Source of the DNA: Thermococcus kodakarensis KOD1
GTDB lineage: Archaea > Methanobacteriota_B > Thermococci > Thermococcales > Thermococcaceae
NCBI RefSeq assembly: GCF_000009965.1
Contig: NC_006624.1
Span: 1,080,001 to 1,112,000, forward strand
Direction: 5' to 3'
Length of the DNA: 32,000 nt
The position numbers were made by a program, and so were the translations under genes. The notes below the pieces were generated by a model. It did no database searches, had not been told where the DNA came from, and saw nothing but the letters and a program-made list of their open reading frames with translations. Positions 1-11,062 of this stretch are shown piece after piece (position 1 is the stretch's first letter; every line of letters begins with the position of its first letter).

Positions 1-408
1 CTCCTCGATGAGCTTCGCCATTTTGACAGTCGTCAGCGGGGGGACTGTGCTCTCTATCACGACAAGGGAACCCTTTTTCATCCGCTCTGCGACTGTTCTG
101 ACCGCGCTTTCAAGGTAGCTCAGGTCGGGGGTTTTGTCTTCCTTTAGGGGGGTCTGGACGCAGATTATATAGGCGTCTTTGTTCCTTATCTCCTCAGGGT
201 CAGAAGTCGCCCGCAGGTTGCCGCTTGAGACGGCCTTCTTCAGGAGTTCGTCTATTTCGGGCTCTATTATGTGAGCTTTTCCAGAGTTTATGCTCCTAAC
301 AACGTCTTCTCGTATCTCATAACCAGTGACCCTAAACCCTGCATTCGCGAACATTATCGCAGTCGGCAGCCCAATGTATCCGAGCCCGATTACGGCTATT
401 TCCTTCAC
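1..408 (-). CDS. Nucleotide-sugar dehydrogenase, N-terminal part (UDP-ManNAc/UDP-glucose dehydrogenase family). The 3' end lies outside the window
   Basis: My own minus-strand translation gives (V)KEIAVIGLGYIGLPTAIMFANAGFRVTGYEIREDVVRSINSGKAHIIEPEIDELLKKAV...IICVQTPL...VVIESTVPP. It has a GxGxxG Rossmann motif. The GTG start at 406-408 is preceded by GGTGG. The ORF is in frame to position 1 and is missing from the ORF track because it is truncated. Confidence 0.75.
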   Translation of the reverse strand, partial: MKEIAVIGLGYIGLPTAIMFANAGFRVTGYEIREDVVRSINSGKAHIIEPEIDELLKKAVSSGNLRATSDPEEIRNKDAYIICVQTPLKEDKTPDLSYLESAVRTVAERMKKGSLVVIESTVPPLTTVKMAKLIEE

Positions 409-1753
409 ATCTACCACCGGGGGGAGCTATCCTGGACGGAATAAAAGCCTTTTCCAGCCAACGGTTGTGAAAATGTTTTAGGGTGTGATAAGTTAGTTAG
501 AAATGCCAGCCTCTCAAAAACCTGAGCGGATTTTGGGTGTAGTTGAAGGAAGACATTTAACAGCCAATTTCATCCAAAGAAAGGGTTAGAAAGCTTTTTC
601 AATCAAAAGCAAGAGTTGAGGACACAGAAAAAAACGCCTTCACAACGGTTTTTTGGAAACCCTTATAATGGACAGATGCGTCCAGTTATTGGATGGTGGT
701 AGAATGAAGGTCTGGGTGGATATAACCAACGCGCCTCACGCTCACTTTTTCAAGGGCTTGATACGGGAGCTTGAGAAGTCCGGCTATGAGATTATAATCA
801 CCACGAGGGAGTTTGACGGCCTGACCGGAATTCTCGATATGCTCGGCTTTGACTACTACGTCGTCGGGAAGCACGGAGGGGCTACTCTTGAAGGAAAACT
901 TCTGGCAAGCTCGGAGAGGGTTTACAAACTCAGCAAGCTCATAATAGAGGAAAAGCCCGACCTGGCGATTTACAAGCACTCCGCAGAAGCTCCAAGGGTT
1001 GCATTTGGCCTCCAGGTACCCAGCATAGGCTTCATTGACAACGAGACCGCGATTGGTCAGAACAAGCTCATAGCCCCGTTCACAAAACTGCTCCTGTATC
1101 CAAGAGCTATTGATGCCTATGAGCTGATCAAGTGCGGTGCAGACCCGAACGGCATGAGGCCCGTTAACGGATTCTCCGAGCTAGCCCACCTCTACGGCTT
1201 TAAGCCCGAGAGAAAGGTTCTGAAAGAGCTTGGGGTGAAGCGCAACGGGTACATCGTTATGCGCACCGAACCCATAAAGGCCAACTACTTCAACGGCGAC
1301 ATAAAGAGCATTCTTGAGGACGTCATACCCCTTCTTCCAGACATCCCAATAGTCCTGTTCCCGAGAACTGAAGAGCAGAGGAAGCGCTTTGAGCGCTTTG
1401 ACAACGTCATAATGCCAGAAAAGCCCGTGGACAGCTTGAGCCTTCTTTACTACGCCAGACTGATGATAGGAGCAGGGGGAACGATGAACAGGGAGGCAAT
1501 AGCCCTCGGGACTCCAACGATCTCCACTTACCCTGGAAAACTGCTCGCCGTTACCAAGTGGCTCGTTGAGCTTGGGGTAAAGTTCCACTCAACGGATCCC
1601 CTGGAAGTTGCCACAGTGGCGGAAAGGATGATAGAAATGAACGGCAGTTACAGGAACTACATCCGGAGCGTTGTTTCGGGGCTTGAGAACCCAATGGAGG
1701 TAATCCTGAAGGAGATAGAAACATATGAAACCGAGGGAACTTTCCTCGTCTCA

Positions 1754-4584
<2,831 letters not shown>

Positions 4585-5661
4585 TCAGTCCTCTTTAATC
4601 ACTTTTTCCACAACCGGGTCTATAATGTGGTAGCGGCCGTTTTCCTTCTTTATCCAACCCATTTTCTCCAGGTTCACGAGAAGGCTGTTGAGGCGTGCGT
4701 TGGTTATCGGACCGCCTTTGGCCTCAACATAGTCCTTTATCTGAGACCACCTTGAAAGTCCAATTGAGATCGCCTTTAAAATCAAAGCGTAGCGGGGGGA
4801 GCGCTTCTCCAACTCAAAGAGCTCCTCCTTTATCATGGCCTTTGCCCTGTTCATGGTTGTCTCTATAGCTTTCTCAAAGCTTCCCTTCTTCCAGTAGTTG
4901 AATCCGAACTCAACGAGCCATCCGGGGATACCATCGAGCTCGTCAACAGCTCTTCTTATCTCATCTTCAGGAACTTTAACTCCAACTTCTGCAAATCCCC
5001 TCCTCAAGAATTCCTCTGAGAGCTCTCTGGGAAACGCCCTTATCTCGATCTCCTCTGATATTCTGCCGTAGAGGGGGCTGGAATAGTCGTCAATTCCAAC
5101 AAAGTCGTGGAGGAGGCCCACTTCGGAACCTGTGAACACGAAGCTGATGTTTGGGAGTGAATCGTAGGCATAAGCTACTCCTGCGAGGAAGTCTTTACCC
5201 CCTCGTGAACCAAAGAAACGGAGGTACTGAGCCTCGTCGAAGGCAATGACGACTTTCTTTCCAGTCTTTCTTCCGAACTGCTCCAGCCTATCCAGAACAT
5301 CAACCCAGGTTGATTCCCTGGGTTTTAAGTGAAGGCCTAGGAGGTTTATCTCCTCCACCTTAATCCCCCTAAGGAAACCAACCCTGCCCTTCCCGAGGAG
5401 TATCCTGGTTATCTCGTCAACGAGCATAGCTGAGCTTATACTGCCGCTACCAGCGGAATAGAGGCGGCGGGTGTCCATGTAAATTCCAATACCGGAGTAC
5501 TCGTTCAGGGCGACCTTCAGCAGAGAACTTTTCCCCACTCGTCTAATTCCGATGATGAGGCTTATCGGATATTCGTTCATTCCGTTAAGTATACTTTCAA
5601 GTTCTTTCTCCCTGTCAAAGATTTCCTCCCTTCTTTCTTTAGGTCTTGGATCAAACAGCAT
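4585..5661 (-). CDS. Archaeal ATPase (Arch_ATPase/AAA family) with C-terminal winged-helix (DUF234-like) domain
   Basis: ORF of 358 aa with Walker A GIRRVGKSSL and Walker B VVIAFDEAQYL. The C-terminal 80 aa (RSPRYALILKAISIGLSRWSQIKDYVE...LVNLEKMGWIKKENGRYHIIDP) look like a wHTH. Its stop codon abuts the argS stop with no spacer. Confidence 0.8.
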   Translation of the reverse strand: MLFDPRPKERREEIFDREKELESILNGMNEYPISLIIGIRRVGKSSLLKVALNEYSGIGIYMDTRRLYSAGSGSISSAMLVDEITRILLGKGRVGFLRGIKVEEINLLGLHLKPRESTWVDVLDRLEQFGRKTGKKVVIAFDEAQYLRFFGSRGGKDFLAGVAYAYDSLPNISFVFTGSEVGLLHDFVGIDDYSSPLYGRISEEIEIRAFPRELSEEFLRRGFAEVGVKVPEDEIRRAVDELDGIPGWLVEFGFNYWKKGSFEKAIETTMNRAKAMIKEELFELEKRSPRYALILKAISIGLSRWSQIKDYVEAKGGPITNARLNSLLVNLEKMGWIKKENGRYHIIDPVVEKVIKED

Positions 5662-5664
5662 TAG

Positions 5665-5702
5665 GTATCGCCCCCGATACTAAGTATCGGTACCGATACT
5701 TA
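5665..5702. promoter_or_regulatory. Two tandem inverted repeats GTATCG-N4-CGATAC. The second is part of a perfect 22-bp palindrome. Putative operator
   Basis: 5665-5680 reads GTATCGCCCCCGATAC and 5681-5702 reads TAAGTATCGGTACCGATACTTA. The repeat centres are 19 bp apart. They lie between a TATTTTAG-like box (minus strand, about 5725-5732) and the ATPase ATG (5659-5661). Confidence 0.45.
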
Positions 5703-5764
5703 AGGTTTTCGTGCAATACCAACACTAAAATACCCTTTTAGACGTACTTTATCCCGGTGATTCC

Positions 5765-6643
5765 ATGCGTGGCGTTATAGTCCCCATTGTCACGCCCTTC
5801 AAAGAGGACTATTCAATAGACGTACCAGCTCTCGAAGAGCACCTCGACTACCTCCAGAAGGTCGGGGTTCACGGAATATTCATAAACGCGACTACCGGGG
5901 AGTTTACGAGCCTCAGCAAGGAGGAGAGAAGGTTTTTGGCCGAGAAGGGCAGGGAACTTGTAACTTCAGCGTTCTACCTCGTGGGGACGGCATCATCGAA
6001 CACCCTCGAGGTCATTGAACTTACAAAGCACGCCCAGGATATTGGCGCAGACTACGCCGTGATAGCGCCCCCATACTACTGTCCCCTCACCGAGGAGGCA
6101 CTATTCAGGCACTACTCAATGATAGCGGAGAAAACCGACATCCCAATCATACTATACAACATCCCCGCCTGTGCGAACTCGCTGAGCGTTCCACTCGTCA
6201 AGCGCCTCACCATAGAGTACCCAAGCATTGCCGGCATTAAGGCCACCCTAGACAGCGTGAACTACATAAGGGACATTATTCTCGATGTGAAGGGAGAAAG
6301 GAAAGACTTCAGGGTCTTCACTGGCCTCGACCAGCACTTCCTCAACACGCTGATCCTCGGCGGCGATGGCGGAATAATGGCGTGCGCGAACTTTGCACCA
6401 GAGCTTCATCTACGCCTCTACAAGGCCTTCAACGAGAAGCGCTTTGAGGAGGCCTTTGAATACTCAAGAAAGCTGGCTAAACTCTCAAAGGTCTATGACA
6501 TCGCCTCGTCGTTTGGATCGGCTATAAAGCTCGCAATGAGAGTCAGGGGCTTCTCGATAAAACCCGTCCTCAGGCCGCCCTACACTATGGATGGAAAGGA
6601 AGTTGAAGAAAAGGTGAGGGCTCTCCTCTTAGAGGTTCTGTAA
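5765..6643 (+). CDS. Dihydrodipicolinate synthase/N-acetylneuraminate lyase family class I aldolase
   Basis: ORF of 292 aa. VPIVTPF...GIFINATTGEF...YNIP...IAGIKATLDS contains the Schiff-base lysine context of the DapA/KDG-aldolase family. Confidence 0.8.
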   Translation: MRGVIVPIVTPFKEDYSIDVPALEEHLDYLQKVGVHGIFINATTGEFTSLSKEERRFLAEKGRELVTSAFYLVGTASSNTLEVIELTKHAQDIGADYAVIAPPYYCPLTEEALFRHYSMIAEKTDIPIILYNIPACANSLSVPLVKRLTIEYPSIAGIKATLDSVNYIRDIILDVKGERKDFRVFTGLDQHFLNTLILGGDGGIMACANFAPELHLRLYKAFNEKRFEEAFEYSRKLAKLSKVYDIASSFGSAIKLAMRVRGFSIKPVLRPPYTMDGKEVEEKVRALLLEVL

Positions 6644-6706
6644 GCCAAGAAAAAAGTAGTCGAAACATAAAAATACCTCCTGTAGATACCACTAGACGGT
6701 GAGAGT

Positions 6707-6931
6707 ATGGAAAGGACTACTGATGCACGCATTGAATATATTCTCTCTGAACTGGAGAGGCTCAAGGTTCACATCCAAAGACTTGAGTCTATGCTCGTTC
6801 CCCTTGTGAAGGACGAAGTCCCCGAGGAGGAGCTCAGAGAGATAGAAATGGAAGCGAGAAAGTTCAAGGAGGAAAGCGAGGAATGGATTGATGCCGAAGA
6901 CCTCGATGAAATCCTGGAGGATGAAGAATGA
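6707..6931 (+). CDS. relB: aRelB-like antitoxin (acidic, coiled-coil)
   Basis: ORF of 74 aa, very acidic at the C-terminus. Its stop overlaps the ATG of the downstream aRelE-like reading frame (ATGA at 6928-6931). GGTGAG lies ahead of the ATG and a TATA-like CATAAAAATA box is upstream. Confidence 0.6.
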   Translation: MERTTDARIEYILSELERLKVHIQRLESMLVPLVKDEVPEEELREIEMEARKFKEESEEWIDAEDLDEILEDEE

Positions 6932-7199
6932 CGTTCAGAGTTAAAATCAGAAAGGAAGTCATAAAAGAGCTAAAGAAAATGCCAAAGCCAATCTCAACAG
7001 ATTTCTGGAGCTGAAGGACGTTCTTCAGTATGAAGCCGTTCCGAGGGACAGGTTTGATATCGCAAAGCTGAAGGGTTCCGATGATCTGGATATATACAGA
7101 GTTAGACTCGGTGAATACCGGGTTATCTACTCAGTAAACTGGGAAGAGAGAGTTATACTAATCCATCGGCTTAAAAGAAGAGGGGAAGCGTATAAATAG
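6928..7199 (+). pseudogene. relE: aRelE-family toxin gene disrupted by a -1 frameshift
   Basis: Frame A (6928-7014) reads MTFRVKIRKEVIKELKKMPKPISTDFWS*. Frame B (from 6987 to the TAG at 7197-7199) reads ANLNRFLELKDVLQYEAVPRDRFDIAKLKGSDDLDIYRVRLGEYRVIYSVNWEERVILIHRLKRRGEAYK*. Joined, they match the Pyrococcus aRelE pattern (MTYRVKIHK...LPKAHYRRF...YRVIYSV) as I remember it. One missing G near 6985-6988 would restore the frame. Confidence 0.75.
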
Positions 7200-7200
7200 C

Positions 7201-8448
7201 TCACTGAATCTTGTACCTCAAAATCGCTCCGAGACCTCCAAAGGCCTTGTAGAACTGCTGGCCTTCCTCGGTATCGAGGGAGATGATCTCGACGTCCGCC
7301 CCGCTCTCCTCTGCCATCTTTATAAGCTCCTCCGCTACGTCCCACTTCTCGAAGGTTATGTTCTGGCTTCCGCACTTGGGACAGTGAGTTAACTGCTTCT
7401 TGTAAACATGGAACTCCCCCTCGCTCATTGTCTTGAGCTCCTCCCAGCCGCAGTTGTTGCACTTCGCCCTGACGCGAACCTTGTCGTAGCCCTCGCTGAT
7501 TAGGAGCTTGTCAACGGCGCCGAGCTCAAGGGCCTTCCTAACTTCCTTCTCACCGTAGGTTATCATTCCCGTGTCCTTGACGAGGTGCTTGAAGAACTCC
7601 TGGATGAGCTGACGCTCCTTAACTGCCTCATGGTCTTTGAGGATGTCGCTGGCCTTCTCAACAAGCTCCCTTAGACCGTACTCACCGTGGTAGCTGATGT
7701 CAACAACGCCGATGACCTTCTTCCTGAGCTCGTGGTGGAGGTAATCTCCCTCAACGAACTCCTCCTTCGTCGGACCAGGACCGCCTATGATTATGCCCCT
7801 GAGCTCACCCTTCTCAAGGAGGGGCAGGAAAGCCTTGTTGGCGTGCTCCCCAATCCTCTTCATGAACTCGTGGGTCTCCTGCTCCCTGATGCGCTCGTAA
7901 CGCCTCGCCGACTGACCACCGGCGCGGGTCTTTCCGGGGACGTTGGAGGTAAGCTCGTCTATGACCTCGATTCTCTTCCCACGGAGGAGACCTATAGTCG
8001 CCTCGTTCTTCTCGACGGTTATAAGGCCGTAGGCGTCCTTAACGCGGAGCATCTCCTCAAGGGGCTCGGTAACGAAGGTCTGGTCACATCGATATAGCCT
8101 GACGTTGAGCGGCTCGGGTGGAACGATAGCCCAGAGCTTTATGTCGCTCACACCTTCCTGCTCGCTCACGTTTCCGACGAAGAGAGCCAGGCCGTTCTCG
8201 GGGGTCTGTTTGTAGAGCTTGAGATGCTGCATCGCTCTTTCGAGTGCACCAAGGACGTTCTTTCGAGTTGACTTGCTCTTGATGTTCTGAGCGGTCCCGT
8301 ACTCCTCCCTAAGCTGCTGCATGACCTTGTTTATGTCATAGCCGGCCGGGATGTAGAGACTGACGAGCTCGGTTGCGCGGCCTCGATAGCTCTTCAGCTC
8401 CTCGACCTTCTTCTTGAGTTCGTACATCTCGGCAGACTTGTGAGACAT
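7201..8448 (-). CDS. prf1: Peptide chain release factor aRF1
   Basis: ORF 7201..8457. The NIKS motif ([13 protein letters not shown]) and the GGQ motif ([15 protein letters not shown]) are present, plus a C-terminal zinc-ribbon insert (CNNCGW...CPKCGS). I prefer the ATG giving [13 protein letters not shown]. Confidence 0.95.
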   Translation of the reverse strand: MSHKSAEMYELKKKVEELKSYRGRATELVSLYIPAGYDINKVMQQLREEYGTAQNIKSKSTRKNVLGALERAMQHLKLYKQTPENGLALFVGNVSEQEGVSDIKLWAIVPPEPLNVRLYRCDQTFVTEPLEEMLRVKDAYGLITVEKNEATIGLLRGKRIEVIDELTSNVPGKTRAGGQSARRYERIREQETHEFMKRIGEHANKAFLPLLEKGELRGIIIGGPGPTKEEFVEGDYLHHELRKKVIGVVDISYHGEYGLRELVEKASDILKDHEAVKERQLIQEFFKHLVKDTGMITYGEKEVRKALELGAVDKLLISEGYDKVRVRAKCNNCGWEELKTMSEGEFHVYKKQLTHCPKCGSQNITFEKWDVAEELIKMAEESGADVEIISLDTEEGQQFYKAFGGLGAILRYKIQ

Positions 8449-8512
8449 GAGCATCACCCCTAACTTCTCTCGCTGAAATAGGCACGAAAAGGGCCTTTAT
8501 AAAGGTTTGGAG

Positions 8513-8749
8513 CTACAGAAGGGAGAGCAGGATTACTATGAAAACACCCGGGATTCCACCGATTGCCACTATGAGAAGGTTCAAGAGGTTAAGCTGGACG
8601 TGAGTGACGCCGAGGAAGTTGAGGAGGCCGATTATCAGCAGGCCAGCTATCGTGTTCAGGGCGAGCCACTTGATTATTGCCAGGGTCAGCTTGATGAGGA
8701 TCCATCCAACTGCTATAAGAAGGAAAAGAAGAACTAAAAGCTCCAGCAT
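8513..8749 (-). CDS. BofA-family small membrane protein (pro-sigmaK processing inhibitor family homologue)
   Basis: ORF 8513..8773 trimmed to the ATG at 8749, preceded by GAGGTGGG. IKWLALNTIAGLLIIGLLNFLGVTHVQLNLLNLLIVAIGGIPGVFIVILL aligns by eye with B. subtilis BofA (KWIG...VNMFGGSLGIHVPINLVTTAISGILGIPGIAALVV). Confidence 0.7.
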   Translation of the reverse strand: MLELLVLLFLLIAVGWILIKLTLAIIKWLALNTIAGLLIIGLLNFLGVTHVQLNLLNLLIVAIGGIPGVFIVILLSLL

Positions 8750-8759
8750 TTTTCCCACC

Positions 8760-9320
8760 TCAGAGCTTTTCAAGAGCTTCCTTTGCTATATCTCCGAGCT
8801 TGACCCACTTCTTGCCCTCGAAGGGAAGTATCACTTTGTCCTCGACGTCCACGAACTCCCGGACCTTCTCTGACAGCTCGCGCAGGCCGAGTTCCCCTAT
8901 GATCATGAGGGCGAATCCCTTCTGGTTTTTGTCCCCTGTTTCGAGCTGCTTCCCAAGTTCCTCAACAATCCAGGCCCTGTATTTGTCGAGAAGCTCCGGA
9001 TAGGTTTTGACGATAGCATAAGCCAGCGTCATCGCGTTCTCCCTGACGTAGGGGTTTCTAGATTCCGTAAGGCCAAGGATTTTCCTGAAGGTATCCTCGT
9101 TAAAATGACCCTTGACAACATCAGGGTTGCTTTCCACGAGGTTCGTTATCGTTAGCAGGGCATCTCCAACAACACCCGGGTTGTTCGAGGAGAGAAGTTC
9201 AAAGAGGGCCTCCCTGATCTTCTTGTCCTTTACTGCCTCCTGGAGAAGGAGTTCGAACTGGCTCTCCTCCAGCATCTTTTGAACCTTACCCTTCTTGGAG
9301 CCGAATGAGAGGAACGCCAT
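8760..9320 (-). CDS. Hypothetical protein, HEAT/ARM-repeat-like helical protein
   Basis: ORF 8760..9329. The ATG at 9320 is preceded by AGGTGGTGG. It is all-helical with repeated motifs of the type NPxVRExA (SRNPYVRENAMTLAYAIV). The family assignment is tentative. Confidence 0.55.
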   Translation of the reverse strand: MAFLSFGSKKGKVQKMLEESQFELLLQEAVKDKKIREALFELLSSNNPGVVGDALLTITNLVESNPDVVKGHFNEDTFRKILGLTESRNPYVRENAMTLAYAIVKTYPELLDKYRAWIVEELGKQLETGDKNQKGFALMIIGELGLRELSEKVREFVDVEDKVILPFEGKKWVKLGDIAKEALEKL

Positions 9321-9428
9321 CGCCACCACCTTAAGGGGATTTGGAGAAAGGAGATTTAAAGGTTTATCTTTTCTTTTTGAAAGCTTTGCCCTTCAAGGCG
9401 AGCGAGCTTAGTGTTTGAGGTTCGGGGA

Positions 9429-9824
9429 TTAAAAGAGGCTGTGGATGTTGGATAGTAGTTGTTTGAGTGTCGGCCGGTCGAGTTTTCCGATTAGCTTTCC
9501 GTTTAGAACGATGTCCTTGGGAAGGGTGAACAATTTGAACGGCTTGATGATGCTTATGTTCCTCAGCCTTCCCGTTCCAGGCACTAGGTTAGAGTTGGAG
9601 ATTATTATCACCCTCCTTTTGAGTTCAGGAGGTAGGCTTAGTATTCGGTAGTCTTTGTGGCGGGATACCTGGCAAACTATAACGTCCAAGTTATCTGAGT
9701 TGAATTTATTCTCTGAGACAATTATGACAGGCCTTATTTTGTCTTTTAAAACGAATTTTTGGCTGTTACCCTGGAGTTCATAGTAAGGAAACGGTGCCGT
9801 CCATATTTCACCTTGTTCCAGCAT
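9429..9824 (-). CDS. PemK/MazF-fold toxin-like protein
   Basis: ORF of 131 aa with GEIWTAPFP near the N-terminus, KIRPVIIVS, VIVCQVS and a C-terminal GKLIGKLDRPTLKQLLSNI. This parallels B. subtilis EndoA (GDVYFADL...VRPVLVIQ...IVAAIT...ITHLDDEMMDKVDEAL). A strong GGAGGA sits 8 nt ahead of the ATG. A sampled 60-nt stretch has 24/60 G+C. Confidence 0.55.
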   Translation of the reverse strand: MLEQGEIWTAPFPYYELQGNSQKFVLKDKIRPVIIVSENKFNSDNLDVIVCQVSRHKDYRILSLPPELKRRVIIISNSNLVPGTGRLRNISIIKPFKLFTLPKDIVLNGKLIGKLDRPTLKQLLSNIHSLF

Positions 9825-9853
9825 GTTTCATCCTCCTCTGGCTTCAAAGAAAG

Positions 9854-10564
9854 TCAGTCTTCCAGAAGTTCGTCAATGAAGTAGTCGTCTATTGTCCTTG
9901 GTTCGGGATTTAGGGACTTTATTTTCTCCGCGACGATTTTGAAGTCTTTTTCAAGTTCAGCTAGGTCTCTTTCCTCTTCGACGATTTTCAGCACTCTCAG
10001 AAGCAGGAGGAGGAAGTATCCGATTAGTTCTTCTATGGTGTTGAAATCCCTGTTTTCCACCATTATCCCAAGGAGGTTCGCCTCCAGGGACAAGAATTTG
10101 TCGAGGATTTCAAACTGCTTAACTTCCTCTTCGGTTAGGTTGTCCTTGCTTAATGCCTTTTCCCATAGTTTTCTGTTCGATTCGTTCACCTGAGCCTGAA
10201 GTTCCACAATCTCGGGGATTAAGATATTGAGCACTTCCTCTTTGACTTCTTCTGGGTTTATGTAGCTGTTTTCCGCGGCCTCCATGAGTTCGTCCAAGAA
10301 GGGGGATGTTTCAGATAGGATAATGTTGTTGATATCCCCTATTGCTCTTTCGTAGGATTCTTTAGTTGCCTCCTCGGGAGTGATCTGTAGAAGTTTTTGC
10401 AGGATTTCATCGGAGTTTTCATCTATTTGCGCCCGTATTTTCCCAAATACGTCTGATAACGATGTGATGTCTGTGAACATGAGAAGAGGAACGTCTCTGA
10501 AAAACCTTTGCCAGAATGTATAGTACTCTCTCGCCGCTTGGGCGCACACAAGGATCACCCTCAA
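9854..10564 (-). CDS. Hypothetical highly acidic all-helical protein (236 aa), upstream partner of the MazF-like gene
   Basis: ORF with a TTG start at 10564. Alternative starts are a GTG two codons in or the ATG of MFTDITS. It is rich in E/D, and I recognise no DNA-binding or catalytic motif. It ends 29 nt ahead of the MazF-like gene. A TTATTTAA box lies about 35 nt upstream. Confidence 0.6.
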   Translation of the reverse strand: MRVILVCAQAAREYYTFWQRFFRDVPLLMFTDITSLSDVFGKIRAQIDENSDEILQKLLQITPEEATKESYERAIGDINNIILSETSPFLDELMEAAENSYINPEEVKEEVLNILIPEIVELQAQVNESNRKLWEKALSKDNLTEEEVKQFEILDKFLSLEANLLGIMVENRDFNTIEELIGYFLLLLLRVLKIVEEERDLAELEKDFKIVAEKIKSLNPEPRTIDDYFIDELLED

Positions 10565-10630
10565 TAGTTTCTGTCTCCAATGGGTGGTATCAACGCAATG
10601 CTTAAATAAGTTTTGCAGTTATCCAGCTCC

Positions 10631-11026
10631 CTAGCTTCCCAGCGCGCAGATTATTACCTTGCACGCCTCATCGTTGCCGTCCATGCAGTCGTCATAAATC
10701 TGTCCCATGTTCTTGCCGTTCACGTCGTAGTTGATCACACCGGAATAATCGCCTGAGTAGGAAGTCCCCTGGACTGTGCAGGTGGTCTTTCCGTTCGAGG
10801 TCGAGAGGGAGACGGCCTTGGATTTGATGTCTTTCCAGGTTCCCGTGGCGTTGAGCTGAACGACGATGTACTGGGCGGAGTTCTGGAGGGAAAGAGTGCC
10901 AACCTGCTCGCCAGTTTGAAGTGTCTTTGGAAGATAACCAGAATTGTATGCAAAAAGAGCGGCGAATATCATAGCAAACGCAAGGATGAACATGAACATA
11001 TACTCAATAGAAGCCTGAGCACGCAT
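10631..11026 (-). CDS. Class III signal peptide (archaeal type IV pilin-like) protein
   Basis: ORF 10631..11038 trimmed to the ATG giving MRAQ|ASIEYMFMFILAFAMIFAALFAY. This is a prepilin-peptidase-type site followed by a hydrophobic helix. The C-terminus is YDDCMDGNDEACKVIICALGS. Confidence 0.75.
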   Translation of the reverse strand: MRAQASIEYMFMFILAFAMIFAALFAYNSGYLPKTLQTGEQVGTLSLQNSAQYIVVQLNATGTWKDIKSKAVSLSTSNGKTTCTVQGTSYSGDYSGVINYDVNGKNMGQIYDDCMDGNDEACKVIICALGS

Positions 11027-11062
11027 CGCTATCACCAAAGAAAAGAGAAAAGAGTCATGGGA

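Noticed and set aside
462-651. A repeated CAACGGTT / GTGAA-TTCAC motif (about 462-473 and about 640-651) in the long intergenic region
   Set aside because: The motif is short (8-12 nt) and imperfect, and I cannot tell whether it is a direct or an inverted repeat. It could arise by chance, so it is not reported as a regulatory site.
5551-5620. A GATGATGA sequence on the plus strand inside the ATPase gene, and a CTGATGA at 30296-30305, checked as possible C boxes
   Set aside because: Neither has a correctly spaced CUGA D/D' box or a second C' box, and both lie inside coding sequence.
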